DNA of 64,000 bases from an uncultured beta proteobacterium (GTDB lineage Bacteria > Pseudomonadota > Gammaproteobacteria > Burkholderiales > Burkholderiaceae_F): positions 212,496 to 276,495 of the forward strand of contig CAWDDF010000010.1 of assembly GCA_963801035.1 (NCBI GenBank). The letters are read 5' to 3'. A model generated the notes under the pieces. It searched no databases. It was not told where the DNA came from and worked only from the letters and a program-made list of their open reading frames with translations. Made by a program: the position numbers and the translations under genes. Position 1 is the first letter of the stretch. Each line of letters starts with the position of its first letter. Shown here piece after piece: positions 30,884 to 41,221 of the stretch.

Positions 30884-31788
30884 GGCTCAGCGCCATGAAT
30901 CAAACTCATAGGACGTCGTTGCTGTTAGTCGCAATTGCAGCGTCCGTCGCGCTGGCGGGTTGCGGTGACACGCCTCCCGCAGGAATCAAATTTGGTCCGT
31001 ATCAGGCGGGCCATGCGTCGAAGCCCGACCTCGCGCGCGTCGAGCACGAATTTCCGCTCGCTCGCAGCGATCTCGCGCAACTGACACCCGGCGCGCTGAA
31101 GTCGTACGACCAGGAGCAGATGGATCAGATCTATGCGCGCCTAACTGCGGGGCCGATTCCTGATGGTGCTTACGAAGGCGACCTGTTTTTCCCCAAGGGA
31201 ATTTCAGGTGATCGTCGCATACGGGAGATCATCGGTGGCCTGTCCGGACTCGCAGCCGGGGTTGGCACGGCCAAGGTAGAACTTGTGGGCAAGCATCTAT
31301 GGCGCGGCAAAGTGTTCTACCGCGACGAGTTGGTGCTCAGAAATCGGATCGACGATACGTCGCTGTTGAAGCCGTTGATCGACGGTGATCTGTCGACGAT
31401 TCCGAAGGTCACGGTTGGCGGCAAGGATCAATGGCTGATGTTCCCCGCGCGCCTTTATTGCGGGCAGAGCCTGCTCGATTCGCGCAGAGAGTCAGTCATC
31501 ATCGACTACTTCTACACCGACGAAATTCCAGGCTATCGCGAGCGCCCCGATTTTCTCGCGGGACGTCGTGGCCTGCAGGTGCGCGATGAGATCCGCATGG
31601 TGCGGCCTGGCTTCTATTTGGGGCGCGCTTACATCGGAAAGATTTTTCTTCTTAATTTCACGCTCTACAACAAGGAAGTCGCCGAGCGAGACGGTGGCAC
31701 GTTTACCAAAGGCGAACCGGTCAAGGAAGACTGCTGGCAAGGCACGCAGCAGCGACCCCTGCTAACAGCGGTGACGGCTTCGAAGTGA
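30880..31788 (+). CDS. Lipoprotein of unknown function
   Basis: The ATG overlaps the upstream stop (ATGA at 30880-30883). The signal peptide and lipobox read …LLLVAIAASVALAGCG. There is no haem motif. Confidence 0.6.
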   Translation: MRLSAMNQTHRTSLLLVAIAASVALAGCGDTPPAGIKFGPYQAGHASKPDLARVEHEFPLARSDLAQLTPGALKSYDQEQMDQIYARLTAGPIPDGAYEGDLFFPKGISGDRRIREIIGGLSGLAAGVGTAKVELVGKHLWRGKVFYRDELVLRNRIDDTSLLKPLIDGDLSTIPKVTVGGKDQWLMFPARLYCGQSLLDSRRESVIIDYFYTDEIPGYRERPDFLAGRRGLQVRDEIRMVRPGFYLGRAYIGKIFLLNFTLYNKEVAERDGGTFTKGEPVKEDCWQGTQQRPLLTAVTASK

Positions 31789-33698
31789 GATGGCGGGCGT
31801 GGCCGATGTGGAAGCAGCGCGCGGCGACACTTGTCTTGACTGTCACCGCGCTTGCCGTGCCCGTTAGCGGCGCTGCTGCGCCCGCATGGGCGATAGACCC
31901 GGCAGATCCTGGCGCGAATCGGCCCGCGCTAGGGCAATCGTTGTTCGACCAAATCACCGCGGAAGGCGTGCCGTTTCCATTCGACGCACTCGTGCGCAAG
32001 ATTGAAAACACCGCAGGCTGCCAATCAGGTAAGTGCATCACTTCTGCGCTGGTTCCATTTAGCCGTTCGCTGCAGCGAATGGCTGCAGCTCCAGACTTTT
32101 TTTCTTTCCCACGCGTCATTGCGGCAATGACCGCCGATGGCAGCAGCCACCTGCTCGTCAAGGATCGCGTTTACCTCGGTTATCAAGAGCGTGCAGGTCT
32201 GATCGAAGTCATCAGCTACAACGAGGCAGCTGCCCGATTCGAGTTTCAGCTGGTGCGCAACTATCGCTCACAAGGCAACCCGGAGACGGTTTACGCGAGC
32301 CGCGCCATCTGTACTGCATGCCACCAGAACCACGGGCCAATTTTTTCTCGGCAGCAATGGGACGAAACGAATGCCAACCCGCGCGTTGCGGCTCGACTCG
32401 CGTCGGCAAACGGCCAAGCACGCGAGCAGATGTACGGCGTGACGATTCGGCGCGGCGTTGACTTGCCTAACGCGATCGACGATTCAGCAGATCGAGCCAA
32501 CCTGTTTGCGGTGGTGCACCGTATCTGGCGCGACGCATGCGACGCTGCGTGCCGCGGCGATGCTCTGCAGGCAGCTCTGCAATATCGGTTGTCACAAGAG
32601 CAGGGATTCGAGGCCAAACCTGCTTTCGCTGGAGCACTGGCTCAGCGCTTTGCTGCGCGATGGGCGAGCGGGCTGGCGATTCCGAATCCCGATCTTCCGA
32701 ACCGTGATCCGCTTGCATCTGCTGACGCGCACGATGTGGGTGCCGCTTTCGAAGCACTGGCCCCCAGACCGCCAATTGAAATCTGGAGGGGCGACGATGC
32801 GCTTCTGGTATCCCGGTTCGTTGCCGGCCTCGCGTCGTTGCTCGCCGAAGTCGACATACGCGAGCTTGACGCCGCCCTGACGCGCCGCGCGTCCGAAGCG
32901 GTTCGACGCAAATACACCGCGCGCTGTTCGCTGAATGGCGAACGTTTTGAATGCACAGGTGACGTAAGTCTGAGCGGTACCCATTCGATGATCGATCGCT
33001 TGTCGCTTGGCGGCAAGGAGTTGACGCGACTCGAACTGCGCAACGGCGCTGTGAGGCGCCAGGGTATGACCGCGCGCACGGTGAGCGGCGATGCGATCGA
33101 GCGCATCGAGCTGCCGCGCCGAGGCAGCTCGGGCACCGCGATCGTCACAGTCGTCGAGGACTTCGCTCCTGCTCGCGCTTCAGTAGCAAAAGGTGATTGG
33201 AGCGGGCCGTCATTTACACGCGCGCGCGTGCGAGCGACCCTGGGGTTGCCGCCGATGAATGCGTGTTGCGGGCCGCGTACTTCAGCGGCCCCCGCTGAAG
33301 ATGCGATCGTCGCATCGTCAGTTCCTGCACAAGCCACCGCATTCATTGCGCCGTGCGCAGCTTGCCATCGAACGGCAGAGCGCTCGCCGCCTAACTTTCT
33401 TGCCGGCGATGCACAGCGAGTCAGCGCCAGCCTTGCTCAGTGCGCGCCCCGGATGTTCGTACGTCTTTCGATGTGGCAGTCATCTGCAGCGTCACGCGCC
33501 AAGGTGCCGATGCCGCCGCCGCGCGCGTCGCATGGCGGCAACGTATCGCTGCAGACCACCCCCGATTCGTCGGTGTCGGCGTTGCAGGGGGCCGTTGCCG
33601 AGTGGTTGCGCGCCGAGTCAGGGCAGGCGCCCGACCTTGGCGCGATGTTGGCACGCGGCTATGAAAACTTACGGCCCTGCCTAGCGGCGAGTCAATAG
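31785..33698 (+). CDS. Secreted di-haem c-type cytochrome of unknown function
   Basis: GTGA overlap with the upstream stop; an alternative ATG is at 31806. The signal-like N-terminus is MWKQRAATLVLTVTALAVPVSGAAAPAWA. CxxCH motifs are CTACH at 32310-32324 and CAACH at 33354-33368. Confidence 0.65.
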   Translation: MRWRAWPMWKQRAATLVLTVTALAVPVSGAAAPAWAIDPADPGANRPALGQSLFDQITAEGVPFPFDALVRKIENTAGCQSGKCITSALVPFSRSLQRMAAAPDFFSFPRVIAAMTADGSSHLLVKDRVYLGYQERAGLIEVISYNEAAARFEFQLVRNYRSQGNPETVYASRAICTACHQNHGPIFSRQQWDETNANPRVAARLASANGQAREQMYGVTIRRGVDLPNAIDDSADRANLFAVVHRIWRDACDAACRGDALQAALQYRLSQEQGFEAKPAFAGALAQRFAARWASGLAIPNPDLPNRDPLASADAHDVGAAFEALAPRPPIEIWRGDDALLVSRFVAGLASLLAEVDIRELDAALTRRASEAVRRKYTARCSLNGERFECTGDVSLSGTHSMIDRLSLGGKELTRLELRNGAVRRQGMTARTVSGDAIERIELPRRGSSGTAIVTVVEDFAPARASVAKGDWSGPSFTRARVRATLGLPPMNACCGPRTSAAPAEDAIVASSVPAQATAFIAPCAACHRTAERSPPNFLAGDAQRVSASLAQCAPRMFVRLSMWQSSAASRAKVPMPPPRASHGGNVSLQTTPDSSVSALQGAVAEWLRAESGQAPDLGAMLARGYENLRPCLAASQ

Positions 33699-33711
33699 AA
33701 AGGAGATTGTT

Positions 33712-35299
33712 GTGAACGAGCCGTTTGATGAACCACGCGCGCACGGCTGGCTCACTCGCTTGTACCGTCATCGCTGGGTACGTGTCGTGATGCTCGCTCT
33801 CGCAATTCCGACTGCTGCGGCATTGGTGTTCGCGATCCTGCTGTGGCAACGCTTCGGCAGCGATCGTGCCGTCGAATACGCGGCGGTCGAAGAACACTTC
33901 AAATACGGATCGACCGGCGGTGAGCGCGCGTCGGGATTTCCGTATTGGATCTTCAAGGCAATGCCGGGTGTGTGCTCGAAGCATCTGCCGGGGGGCTATG
34001 CATCGCTCGGCTTCGTGTACGAGGAGGGCAAGGACTTGCCGATAGGCATGTCGATGCGCAACTACCAGGGTATCGATCGCACGTTTCTGAACTGCGCGGT
34101 ATGCCATGTCAGCACTGTGCGCGATACGCCGGAGTCAAAGCCGCGCATCGTTCTTGGCATGCCCGCGAATACTTTCAACCTGTTCGGCTTTCAAAGGTTC
34201 GTCTTCGACTGCGCACGCGATCCAAAATTTTCGACCGAGCTACATCATTGCCGAGATCGAGCGGCTGATGACCGACAAAGGCGAGAAGCTCGGGCTGCTC
34301 GATCGCCATCTGGTGTACCCGGTCGCCGTCGCATTGATGCGCGAGCGGCTGATGATGCTTTATGGACGGCTCGGCCCGTTGCTGCAGGACACTGACTGGG
34401 GGCCGGGCAGAACCGACACGTTCAATCCGAACAAGATCCTTTTCAACTTTCCGCTGGACAAAATTCCTGAGCGCGAGCGCAACGCCGCGGTCGACTTTCC
34501 GTCGATCTGGCTGCAGAAGCCGCGGCAGGGAATGCAGTTGCATTGGGACGGCAACAATGTGATGTCCGAGGAGCGCAACAAGAACGCAGCGTTCGGTACC
34601 GGGACAACACCGCCGACGATCGACCTCGCTGCCATTGCCCGCCTCGAACAATGGCTGCTAACGGCGGAGCCGTTGAAGTATCCGTACCCGATCGATGCGG
34701 CCAAATCGGCGCGCGGGCGTGAGATCTACACCGAATATTGCGCGGGCTGCCACGGCGCCGACGGCCGCACCTTCAGCGCGGCCGCTGGAACACAGACGCG
34801 TGAATGTGTGAACACGACTGTCAGCGATGACGATCTTTACGGCCCGCAGGTCGGCAAGATCACGCGCATCGAGCACATCGGCACCGATCGGCATCGGCTC
34901 GATTCGTTTTCGTACGACGTCGCGGTGCACCTCGGCACCGTGTACGCCGGTTATCCGCATCGCTACTGCCACTATCGCAAGACCTACGGCTACGCGAACA
35001 TGCCGCTCGACGGCATATGGCTGCGAGCACCGTATCTGCACAACGGTTCGGTGCCGACGCTGCGCGCGCTGCTCGAGCCGGCGAAACGCCCGGCGGTGTT
35101 TTATCGCGGCAACGACGTCTATGACCAGCAGGACGTGGGCTTCGTGGCCGATCTCCCTGAGCAGGCAGGGCGCCGCTTTTCCACTTACGACACAAAAAAA
35201 CCCGGCAACTCGAATGCTGGCCACGAAGGCAAGCTTTACGGTACCGAGCTGAGCCCGGGCGACAAGGATGCATTGATCGAATTCATGAAGACGTTCTAA
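33712..35299 (+). CDS. Membrane-anchored di-haem CCP/MauG-like cytochrome, interrupted by one apparent frameshift near 34222-34232
   Basis: An aaggag RBS lies 6 nt before GTG 33712. There is an N-terminal TM helix. CAVCH is at 34093-34107 and CAGCH at 34739-34753. LRAPYLHNGSVPTLRALL and the C-terminal DKDALIEFMKTF are present. It is collinear with the intact paralog at 35310. The frames switch at the ccaaaattttcg run. Confidence 0.75.
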
Positions 35300-35309
35300 G
35301 GATCAAACG

Positions 35310-36770
35310 ATGGCCGTTAAGAACAAGTCGGGTTGGAACTGGAAAAAGATTCTTGGCCTGTTTTTGATATTTGGCGTCGTATTCGGCTTTTACGGTTGGT
35401 ACAAGTTCTTTCGCGAGGAACCTCAGGAAGCCTGGATGACCGCAACGCCTGAGATGCGCTTCCGCTATGGCTCGATCGGCGGCGAGCGCGACGCAGGAAT
35501 CCCGTACTGGATCTTCTATGTGTTGCCGCGGCTTTTCCCAGAGAAGCTGCCGGGTCCCGGCGGCTACGCGTCGCTCGGCGTGTCATGGGAGCAGGGCAAA
35601 GAGCTGCCGATCGGCTTCACCAAAAAAACGATCGGGTTCCCGCGCGTGGGCAACAACTGTGCGGCGTGCCACACGACCAACTATCGCGCGGCGCCGAATG
35701 AAAACCCGGTGTTTCTGAATGCGGGGCCGGGACACACGCTGAACCTGGAAGCGTTCTTCCGCTTTCTTGTCGATTGCGCCAAGGATCCGCGCTTCAATGC
35801 CGACAACCTGATGCGAGAAATCAATCTCGTGACCGATCTGCCGTTCGACGACGCGCTCGCCTATCGCTTTCTGATCATTCCGATGACAAAGAAGCGATTG
35901 CTCGAGCGCGAGGCGCAGTTCGCTTGGATCTACCGCAAGGATTTTCCTGATTGGGGGCGTGGTCGGGATGATTCGATGAACTTGACGAAGTACTTCATGC
36001 TCAATCTGCCAATGGACAACACGTTCGGGCCCGGAGACATTCCGTCGATCTGGAACCTGAAGAAGTACAACGTCGCTGGAACCACAATGAACTGGTCGGG
36101 CGACAGCCACGACGCGTATTCGGTGATCATCGATTCCGCGCTGGGTGTGCTCGGCGCGCCGCCAAAGAGTAACGACGAGTTTCTCGAGCAGATCAATTGG
36201 CTGCAGGATTACCTGAGCAATAAGCCAGCGCCGAAGTATCCATTCGCCATCGACGCTGCACGCGCCGAGGCCGGGAAAGCGGTCTTCGACCAGCAATGCG
36301 CGACATGCCACACCAGCGACAAAACAGGTCGCCGCATGCCGCTCGCCGGCATCGATACCGATCGCGGACGAATGGATACATGGAACAAGGACAACGCAAT
36401 CGCAGCTAACAAGGTCGTGACCGAAATGGGCATCATTCGCAAGGGACTGGTTGAAGCGCCACTCGATGGATACAACCCGCCGTTTCTCGACGGCGTCTGG
36501 GCGCGCGGACCGTACCTACACCACGGCGCGGTGCCTACGCTGCGCGATCTGCTAGAACCTCCGGCGAACCGTCCCAAGGTTTTTTGGCGCGGCTACGACC
36601 TTTACGACCAGAAGAATGTCGGCTTTATCTCGAACGGTCCGGAGGCCGAGCGCGTCGGTACGAAGTTCGATACCAGCGCGCTGGCCAACGGCAACGGCGG
36701 TCACGTTTTTGGCACGACGCTGCCGGCCGTGGAGAAGGAGAGTCTGCTTGAGTACCTGAAGACGCTGTAA
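35310..36770 (+). CDS. Membrane-anchored di-haem CCP/MauG-like cytochrome (intact paralog)
   Basis: N-terminal TM helix ILGLFLIFGVVFGFYGWYKFF. CAACH is at 35658-35672 and CATCH at 36297-36311. ARGPYLHHGAVPTLRDLL and the C-terminal EKESLLEYLKTL are present. Blocks shared with 33712..35299 include F-YGS-GGER and G-PYWIF. Confidence 0.8.
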   Translation: MAVKNKSGWNWKKILGLFLIFGVVFGFYGWYKFFREEPQEAWMTATPEMRFRYGSIGGERDAGIPYWIFYVLPRLFPEKLPGPGGYASLGVSWEQGKELPIGFTKKTIGFPRVGNNCAACHTTNYRAAPNENPVFLNAGPGHTLNLEAFFRFLVDCAKDPRFNADNLMREINLVTDLPFDDALAYRFLIIPMTKKRLLEREAQFAWIYRKDFPDWGRGRDDSMNLTKYFMLNLPMDNTFGPGDIPSIWNLKKYNVAGTTMNWSGDSHDAYSVIIDSALGVLGAPPKSNDEFLEQINWLQDYLSNKPAPKYPFAIDAARAEAGKAVFDQQCATCHTSDKTGRRMPLAGIDTDRGRMDTWNKDNAIAANKVVTEMGIIRKGLVEAPLDGYNPPFLDGVWARGPYLHHGAVPTLRDLLEPPANRPKVFWRGYDLYDQKNVGFISNGPEAERVGTKFDTSALANGNGGHVFGTTLPAVEKESLLEYLKTL

Positions 36771-37028
36771 TGCTCTTGTTGAGCCATGCAGTGCACGCAT
36801 CAGCCGGTCGGATCGGACTGGCAACTTCACGCGAGCCCCACCCTGACTGTGGTGAGGTAAGTGCGGTTCGGCGAGTCGATTCACGCGGGGTTGACGCAGC
36901 GACCGGGATCCCGGGAACCATGGAGCGGAGCGACCACCGCAGTTGTCGACGCGGGGCTGGCGGCTGTGAGCCTTTCACTTGCAACCGAATGGCAGTAGAT
37001 TCGAATGCGAGGTTGAGGGACGTGGCTG

Positions 37029-40000
37029 ATGCAAATGCATAACTTTGACGCACCGGTACGACCGCTTCATCTCGCGGCCGTGCGAGACGCCGCGTTACTG
37101 ACGATCTCGTTGTCGGATTTGCGCTCGATCGCGATCGTCGAACCTGTGGCGATGGGTCCTGATGCGCTCGAAGACCTTGCGCGTTCCGTCGAGCGACTGC
37201 ACGACCTGCCCGTCGGTAACAGCCAGCAGGTCGCGGAGGCAGGCAGTCTCATCTTCCGCACGCTTTTCCCTGGACGTATCGGCGCTACTTTGCATAGCAG
37301 TCCCCCGCGCGAGCTCCACCTGCAGTTGAGCGCGCCGGTGACTGGCATTGCGTGGGAACTAGCGTTCGATGGCACCAGCTTTCTCGGCACCAAGTTCAGC
37401 GTGTCCCGATACATAGCTGGCGAGGATGAGGTGGCACCGGCCCACTCCTGGGCACCGCTCGAAGAGGCATGCAGAGTCTTGCTGGTCAGCGACGACTCGC
37501 ACTCGACGCAAGCGAGCGCTTATCAAGATCGCATATTGAATTCGCTTCGTGCATTGAAAGAACTTTCACCAACGGCGGCCACAGTCGCAGAACTCAGCCG
37601 AGGGCAATTGCACGACCTAATTGCAGCTTCCGACGTCGTGCATTGCACCGGCTCGCCTGGCGGAGCGCGCGTCTTGCTGGCCGATCTGGCGGCGCTTGCT
37701 CATCCGCCACGGCTGGTCGTCTATGAGTTATACGGCGACCGGAGCACCACCGCCGAGATCAGCACCGATGACGCGGTGCGGCTGTGCGCCGATGCGTCTC
37801 GTATCGGTATCAATGTTGTGATTCGCGCGACGACACCAGGGGACGCGAGCAGTGTGGAGTTCATCATCGACCTCTACCGGCACATCGTGTCGGGCATGAC
37901 CTTCGCCAGCGCCACGCAGCAGGCGCGCGCGGCCAGCGCCGCGAGGAGTGATGCCTGCCGCGTCGATGACCTTTTGGCCATGTATTGCGGTGACAGTGGC
38001 GCGGCGGCATTCGCCCGCGTCGAACGCGACAGCCGCGACGACAGTCAGCGTCAAATCACAATCATGTCGCACGATCTCGTGAACTCTACGCAGCTTATCG
38101 CGCGGCTTGGCGCAGAGGAATACACGGAGTTGCTCGAACGCTATCACGGGGTTTGCGCGCGCATCGTTCGGCGCTATGGCGGGATCAGCGACGAACCGCA
38201 GGGCGATGACGGAATAATGTGTTACTTCGGCACTCCCTTAGCTGACGAAGACGCCAGCGCCCAGTCGATACGAGCCGCACTCGAGATTGTTCAGGCGCTA
38301 GAGGGGTTCGGCGTCGGTGTGCGGGTCGGTATTAGCACTGGGCGCGTAGTGATTCGCGCGGGTCAGCCGGTAGGAGTTGCAGTACACCTAGCGGCGCGGC
38401 TCCAAAGCGTTGCCGAGCCAGGAACGATCGTCGTCAGCAACGCCACGCAGCGCTTGACCCAAGGCCGGTTCGAGTTCGAGCCGATAGCGTCCGCGTTGCA
38501 CCTGAAGGGCATCGCCGAACCGATAGTGGCGTTTCGCGTCGTTAGCGAGCTGCGATTCTCAACTTCCAGTCGATTCGATGCGGCGTTAAGCCTCACACCC
38601 TTCATCGGGCGCGATCGAGAGGTCGCCGTGCTCGAAGGATATTGGCAAACCACTTGCCGGGGTGCCGCGCAAGCGGTGCTACTGACTGGCGAAGCAGGCA
38701 TCGGAAAGTCGCGCCTGGTACGAGAATTTAAAAGCTCGCTGGCGGCGCGAGAGACGCCGACCATAGAATGTCGATGCTCGCCCTATCACACCAGTAGCGC
38801 GTTCTATCCGGTCATCGGCTGGCTGCGCCGCTTGCTGGAAATCCAGGACCACGATGCGCCAGAAACCAGGCTGGCGAAGATCGAGGACAGCGCAGTGGCC
38901 ACGCTCGGCGTTGAGGATGCGGTGACAACCATCGCAACACTCCTGTCAGTGCCACTCGACGGTTTGCGTTCCCCACCGAAACGCTCGCCCGAAAAGCAAC
39001 GGCAGCTGACACTTGATGTACTGGTGCAGTGGATCAAAACAATAGTGCAGGCAGGCCCGCTCTGCGTGTTCATCGAGGATGTGCAATGGCTCGATCCCTC
39101 GTCGCGCGAATTTCTGGAGCGATTGATGGCAAGCGCGAGTTCTTTGCCATTGATGACAATCTTGACGCTGCGTACTGAAGCTGTGGCACCTCGCGCCGAA
39201 GTGCGCATGACATGGGGCGCTTCCTTCCCTTACTCGGAGCTGCCATTGCGCGGCCTGTCCTCGGCTGCTGCACGCACTATGGTGCTGAAGGCCTGTGGCG
39301 ATGCGCGCCTGTCCCAGGAGATGGTGCGCCTGCTCGCCGAGCACGCTGACGGCGTACCCCTATTTATCGAAGAGTCGACACGCATGGCGGTCGAAGCAGT
39401 GCCCGAACAGGGTGAGCTGCAAGCCGCCGCGCTGCTGCGTAGTCCGGTGCCGCCCACGATCCACGATCTGCTGATGGCGCGGCTAGATCGCGTCGCCGCG
39501 GCCAAGCAAATTGCTCAGGTCGGTGCCACGATTGGACGCGAGTTCTCACGGGCGCTGATCGAATCGGTGCTGCAGCACGAGGCAGCGGGTATCGACGCCG
39601 GCGGCTTGCGATCCAAGCTTGACATGCTGGTGCAATCCGGCCTGCTGGTTTCCAGAGGCGGCGGACCGGATGAAGGCTATTTTTTCAAGCACGCACTGGT
39701 GCGCGACACCGCCTATCAATCGCTGTGGGAGAGAGACCGGCAGCGGTTGCACTGCGTTATTGCAAACGTTGTTCAGCACCAATTCGCCGCCCTGGCTGAA
39801 GCTCAACCTGAGCTGCTCGCGTATCACTACACCGAAGGCCGCATGGCCGGTGATGCGGTCGCGTATTGGGAAAAGGCAGCCCGGCGTGCCGCAGCTCGTT
39901 CGGCGCATCTCGAAGCCATCACTCATTTGAATAATGGCTTGGCGCTGGTTGGGAACCTGCCCGACGCGCAGGAGCGCGGCCGTGCCGAACTGCGAATGCA

Positions 40001-41204
40001 GCTGCTGCTCGCATCTCGGCTCATCGCAACCGAAGGGTACGGAGCGGAGCGCGTCGAGCGCGTGTATGCGCGCGCGGAAGTGCTGGCTCGGCAAGCCGGC
40101 GACGAAGTTGCGCTGACAAAAGTGCAGTTAGGTCTTGAGGGTTATCACTTCATGCGCGCCGATTTCGACAAGGCCCATGCCATTACGCTTAGCACTGCGG
40201 CGATGGTCATTCGCTCACCTGACCCGATGCCGAAGATCCAGTCGATGTGGGCGGTGTCAAACATCCTGTTTCATCAGGGCGAGGTACGCGCTGCGGTTGA
40301 TCACATGGACGACTGCCTGCGCGCCTATCAGCGCATCGAACACCGACCGGGCGCGGTGCAGGATCCGGGCGTGATGTGTCTGTGCTATTCGGCTTGGGGA
40401 AAGTGGGAGCTCGGATACCCGGACGAGGCCCTGCGCCGCGCGCGGCAAGTTGTCGCCCTCGCCGAAAAAATCGATCACCGCTTTAGCATGGGCGAAGCCT
40501 GGGGCTTCTGCACGACCGTACATTACTTCAGAGGCGAATACGAACAGGCGCTGCGATGCGCTGAGCGCGCGATCGAGATCTGTGAGGACAGTGGATTTGT
40601 GGTGTGGTTGGCGCATGCGAAGGTGATGCACGGGCGGCTGGTGGCAGAGCTCGCCGGCGCCGACGCAGGCGTTGCGGAAATGCAGCAGGCGTATCAGATG
40701 TGGTCTTCGACCGGCGCCGTGGTGACGCAGGCGTTTTACCTCGCAATGCAGGCGGAAGGTTTGTCACTCGCCGGCAAGCCCGACGAGGGCATAGCCGTGC
40801 TGGACATCGCATTTGACATCGTTCAGAAGGTCAAGGAGCGATACTACGAAGCCGAAATTCGCAGGCTGCGCGGAGAGCTTATGCTGCAATCGGCAGTGCG
40901 TTGGCGCGATGCGGCTGCCGAAGCCGAGCAGTGGTTTACTGGCGCGCTTGAGTTAGCTCGCGAGAAAGAACTGCGGTCGCTGGCGTTGCGCAGCGCAATG
41001 AGCCTGGCGCAGCTATGGCGAGCGCAAGGCCGAGGGAGTGACGCGCAGATGTTGCTCGAAAAAGAGGTCTCATGGTTCAGCGAAGGGCTCGATACGAGCG
41101 ATCTGCGGCGCGCCCATCGGCTGATGAGGCGTAGTGAGCAAACTAATGACAAGTCTTGGCTAACCAAGTCGCTTCACACGCCGAAAGCACGGCTGGTGCA
41201 GTAG
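37029..41204 (+). CDS. Multidomain signalling protein: degenerate CHAT-like N-domain / class III nucleotidyl cyclase / AAA_16-type STAND ATPase / TPR array
   Basis: Residues ~95-325 follow a CHAT pattern (GIAWELAFDG; DVVHCTGS; LVVYELYGD where the catalytic Cys is expected; GINVVIRATTPGDASSVEFIIDLYRHIVSGMTFASA). The cyclase core is ITIMSHDLVNST…QGDDGIMCYFG…VGISTGRVV…VAVHLAARL (~38052-38543). The P-loop is LLTGEAGIGKSRL (~38688-38711). The C-terminal ~500 aa look TPR-like. Confidence 0.8.
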   Translation: MQMHNFDAPVRPLHLAAVRDAALLTISLSDLRSIAIVEPVAMGPDALEDLARSVERLHDLPVGNSQQVAEAGSLIFRTLFPGRIGATLHSSPPRELHLQLSAPVTGIAWELAFDGTSFLGTKFSVSRYIAGEDEVAPAHSWAPLEEACRVLLVSDDSHSTQASAYQDRILNSLRALKELSPTAATVAELSRGQLHDLIAASDVVHCTGSPGGARVLLADLAALAHPPRLVVYELYGDRSTTAEISTDDAVRLCADASRIGINVVIRATTPGDASSVEFIIDLYRHIVSGMTFASATQQARAASAARSDACRVDDLLAMYCGDSGAAAFARVERDSRDDSQRQITIMSHDLVNSTQLIARLGAEEYTELLERYHGVCARIVRRYGGISDEPQGDDGIMCYFGTPLADEDASAQSIRAALEIVQALEGFGVGVRVGISTGRVVIRAGQPVGVAVHLAARLQSVAEPGTIVVSNATQRLTQGRFEFEPIASALHLKGIAEPIVAFRVVSELRFSTSSRFDAALSLTPFIGRDREVAVLEGYWQTTCRGAAQAVLLTGEAGIGKSRLVREFKSSLAARETPTIECRCSPYHTSSAFYPVIGWLRRLLEIQDHDAPETRLAKIEDSAVATLGVEDAVTTIATLLSVPLDGLRSPPKRSPEKQRQLTLDVLVQWIKTIVQAGPLCVFIEDVQWLDPSSREFLERLMASASSLPLMTILTLRTEAVAPRAEVRMTWGASFPYSELPLRGLSSAAARTMVLKACGDARLSQEMVRLLAEHADGVPLFIEESTRMAVEAVPEQGELQAAALLRSPVPPTIHDLLMARLDRVAAAKQIAQVGATIGREFSRALIESVLQHEAAGIDAGGLRSKLDMLVQSGLLVSRGGGPDEGYFFKHALVRDTAYQSLWERDRQRLHCVIANVVQHQFAALAEAQPELLAYHYTEGRMAGDAVAYWEKAARRAAARSAHLEAITHLNNGLALVGNLPDAQERGRAELRMQLLLASRLIATEGYGAERVERVYARAEVLARQAGDEVALTKVQLGLEGYHFMRADFDKAHAITLSTAAMVIRSPDPMPKIQSMWAVSNILFHQGEVRAAVDHMDDCLRAYQRIEHRPGAVQDPGVMCLCYSAWGKWELGYPDEALRRARQVVALAEKIDHRFSMGEAWGFCTTVHYFRGEYEQALRCAERAIEICEDSGFVVWLAHAKVMHGRLVAELAGADAGVAEMQQAYQMWSSTGAVVTQAFYLAMQAEGLSLAGKPDEGIAVLDIAFDIVQKVKERYYEAEIRRLRGELMLQSAVRWRDAAAEAEQWFTGALELAREKELRSLALRSAMSLAQLWRAQGRGSDAQMLLEKEVSWFSEGLDTSDLRRAHRLMRRSEQTNDKSWLTKSLHTPKARLVQ

Positions 41205-41221
41205 ACGCCCCAGGAGGCAAC

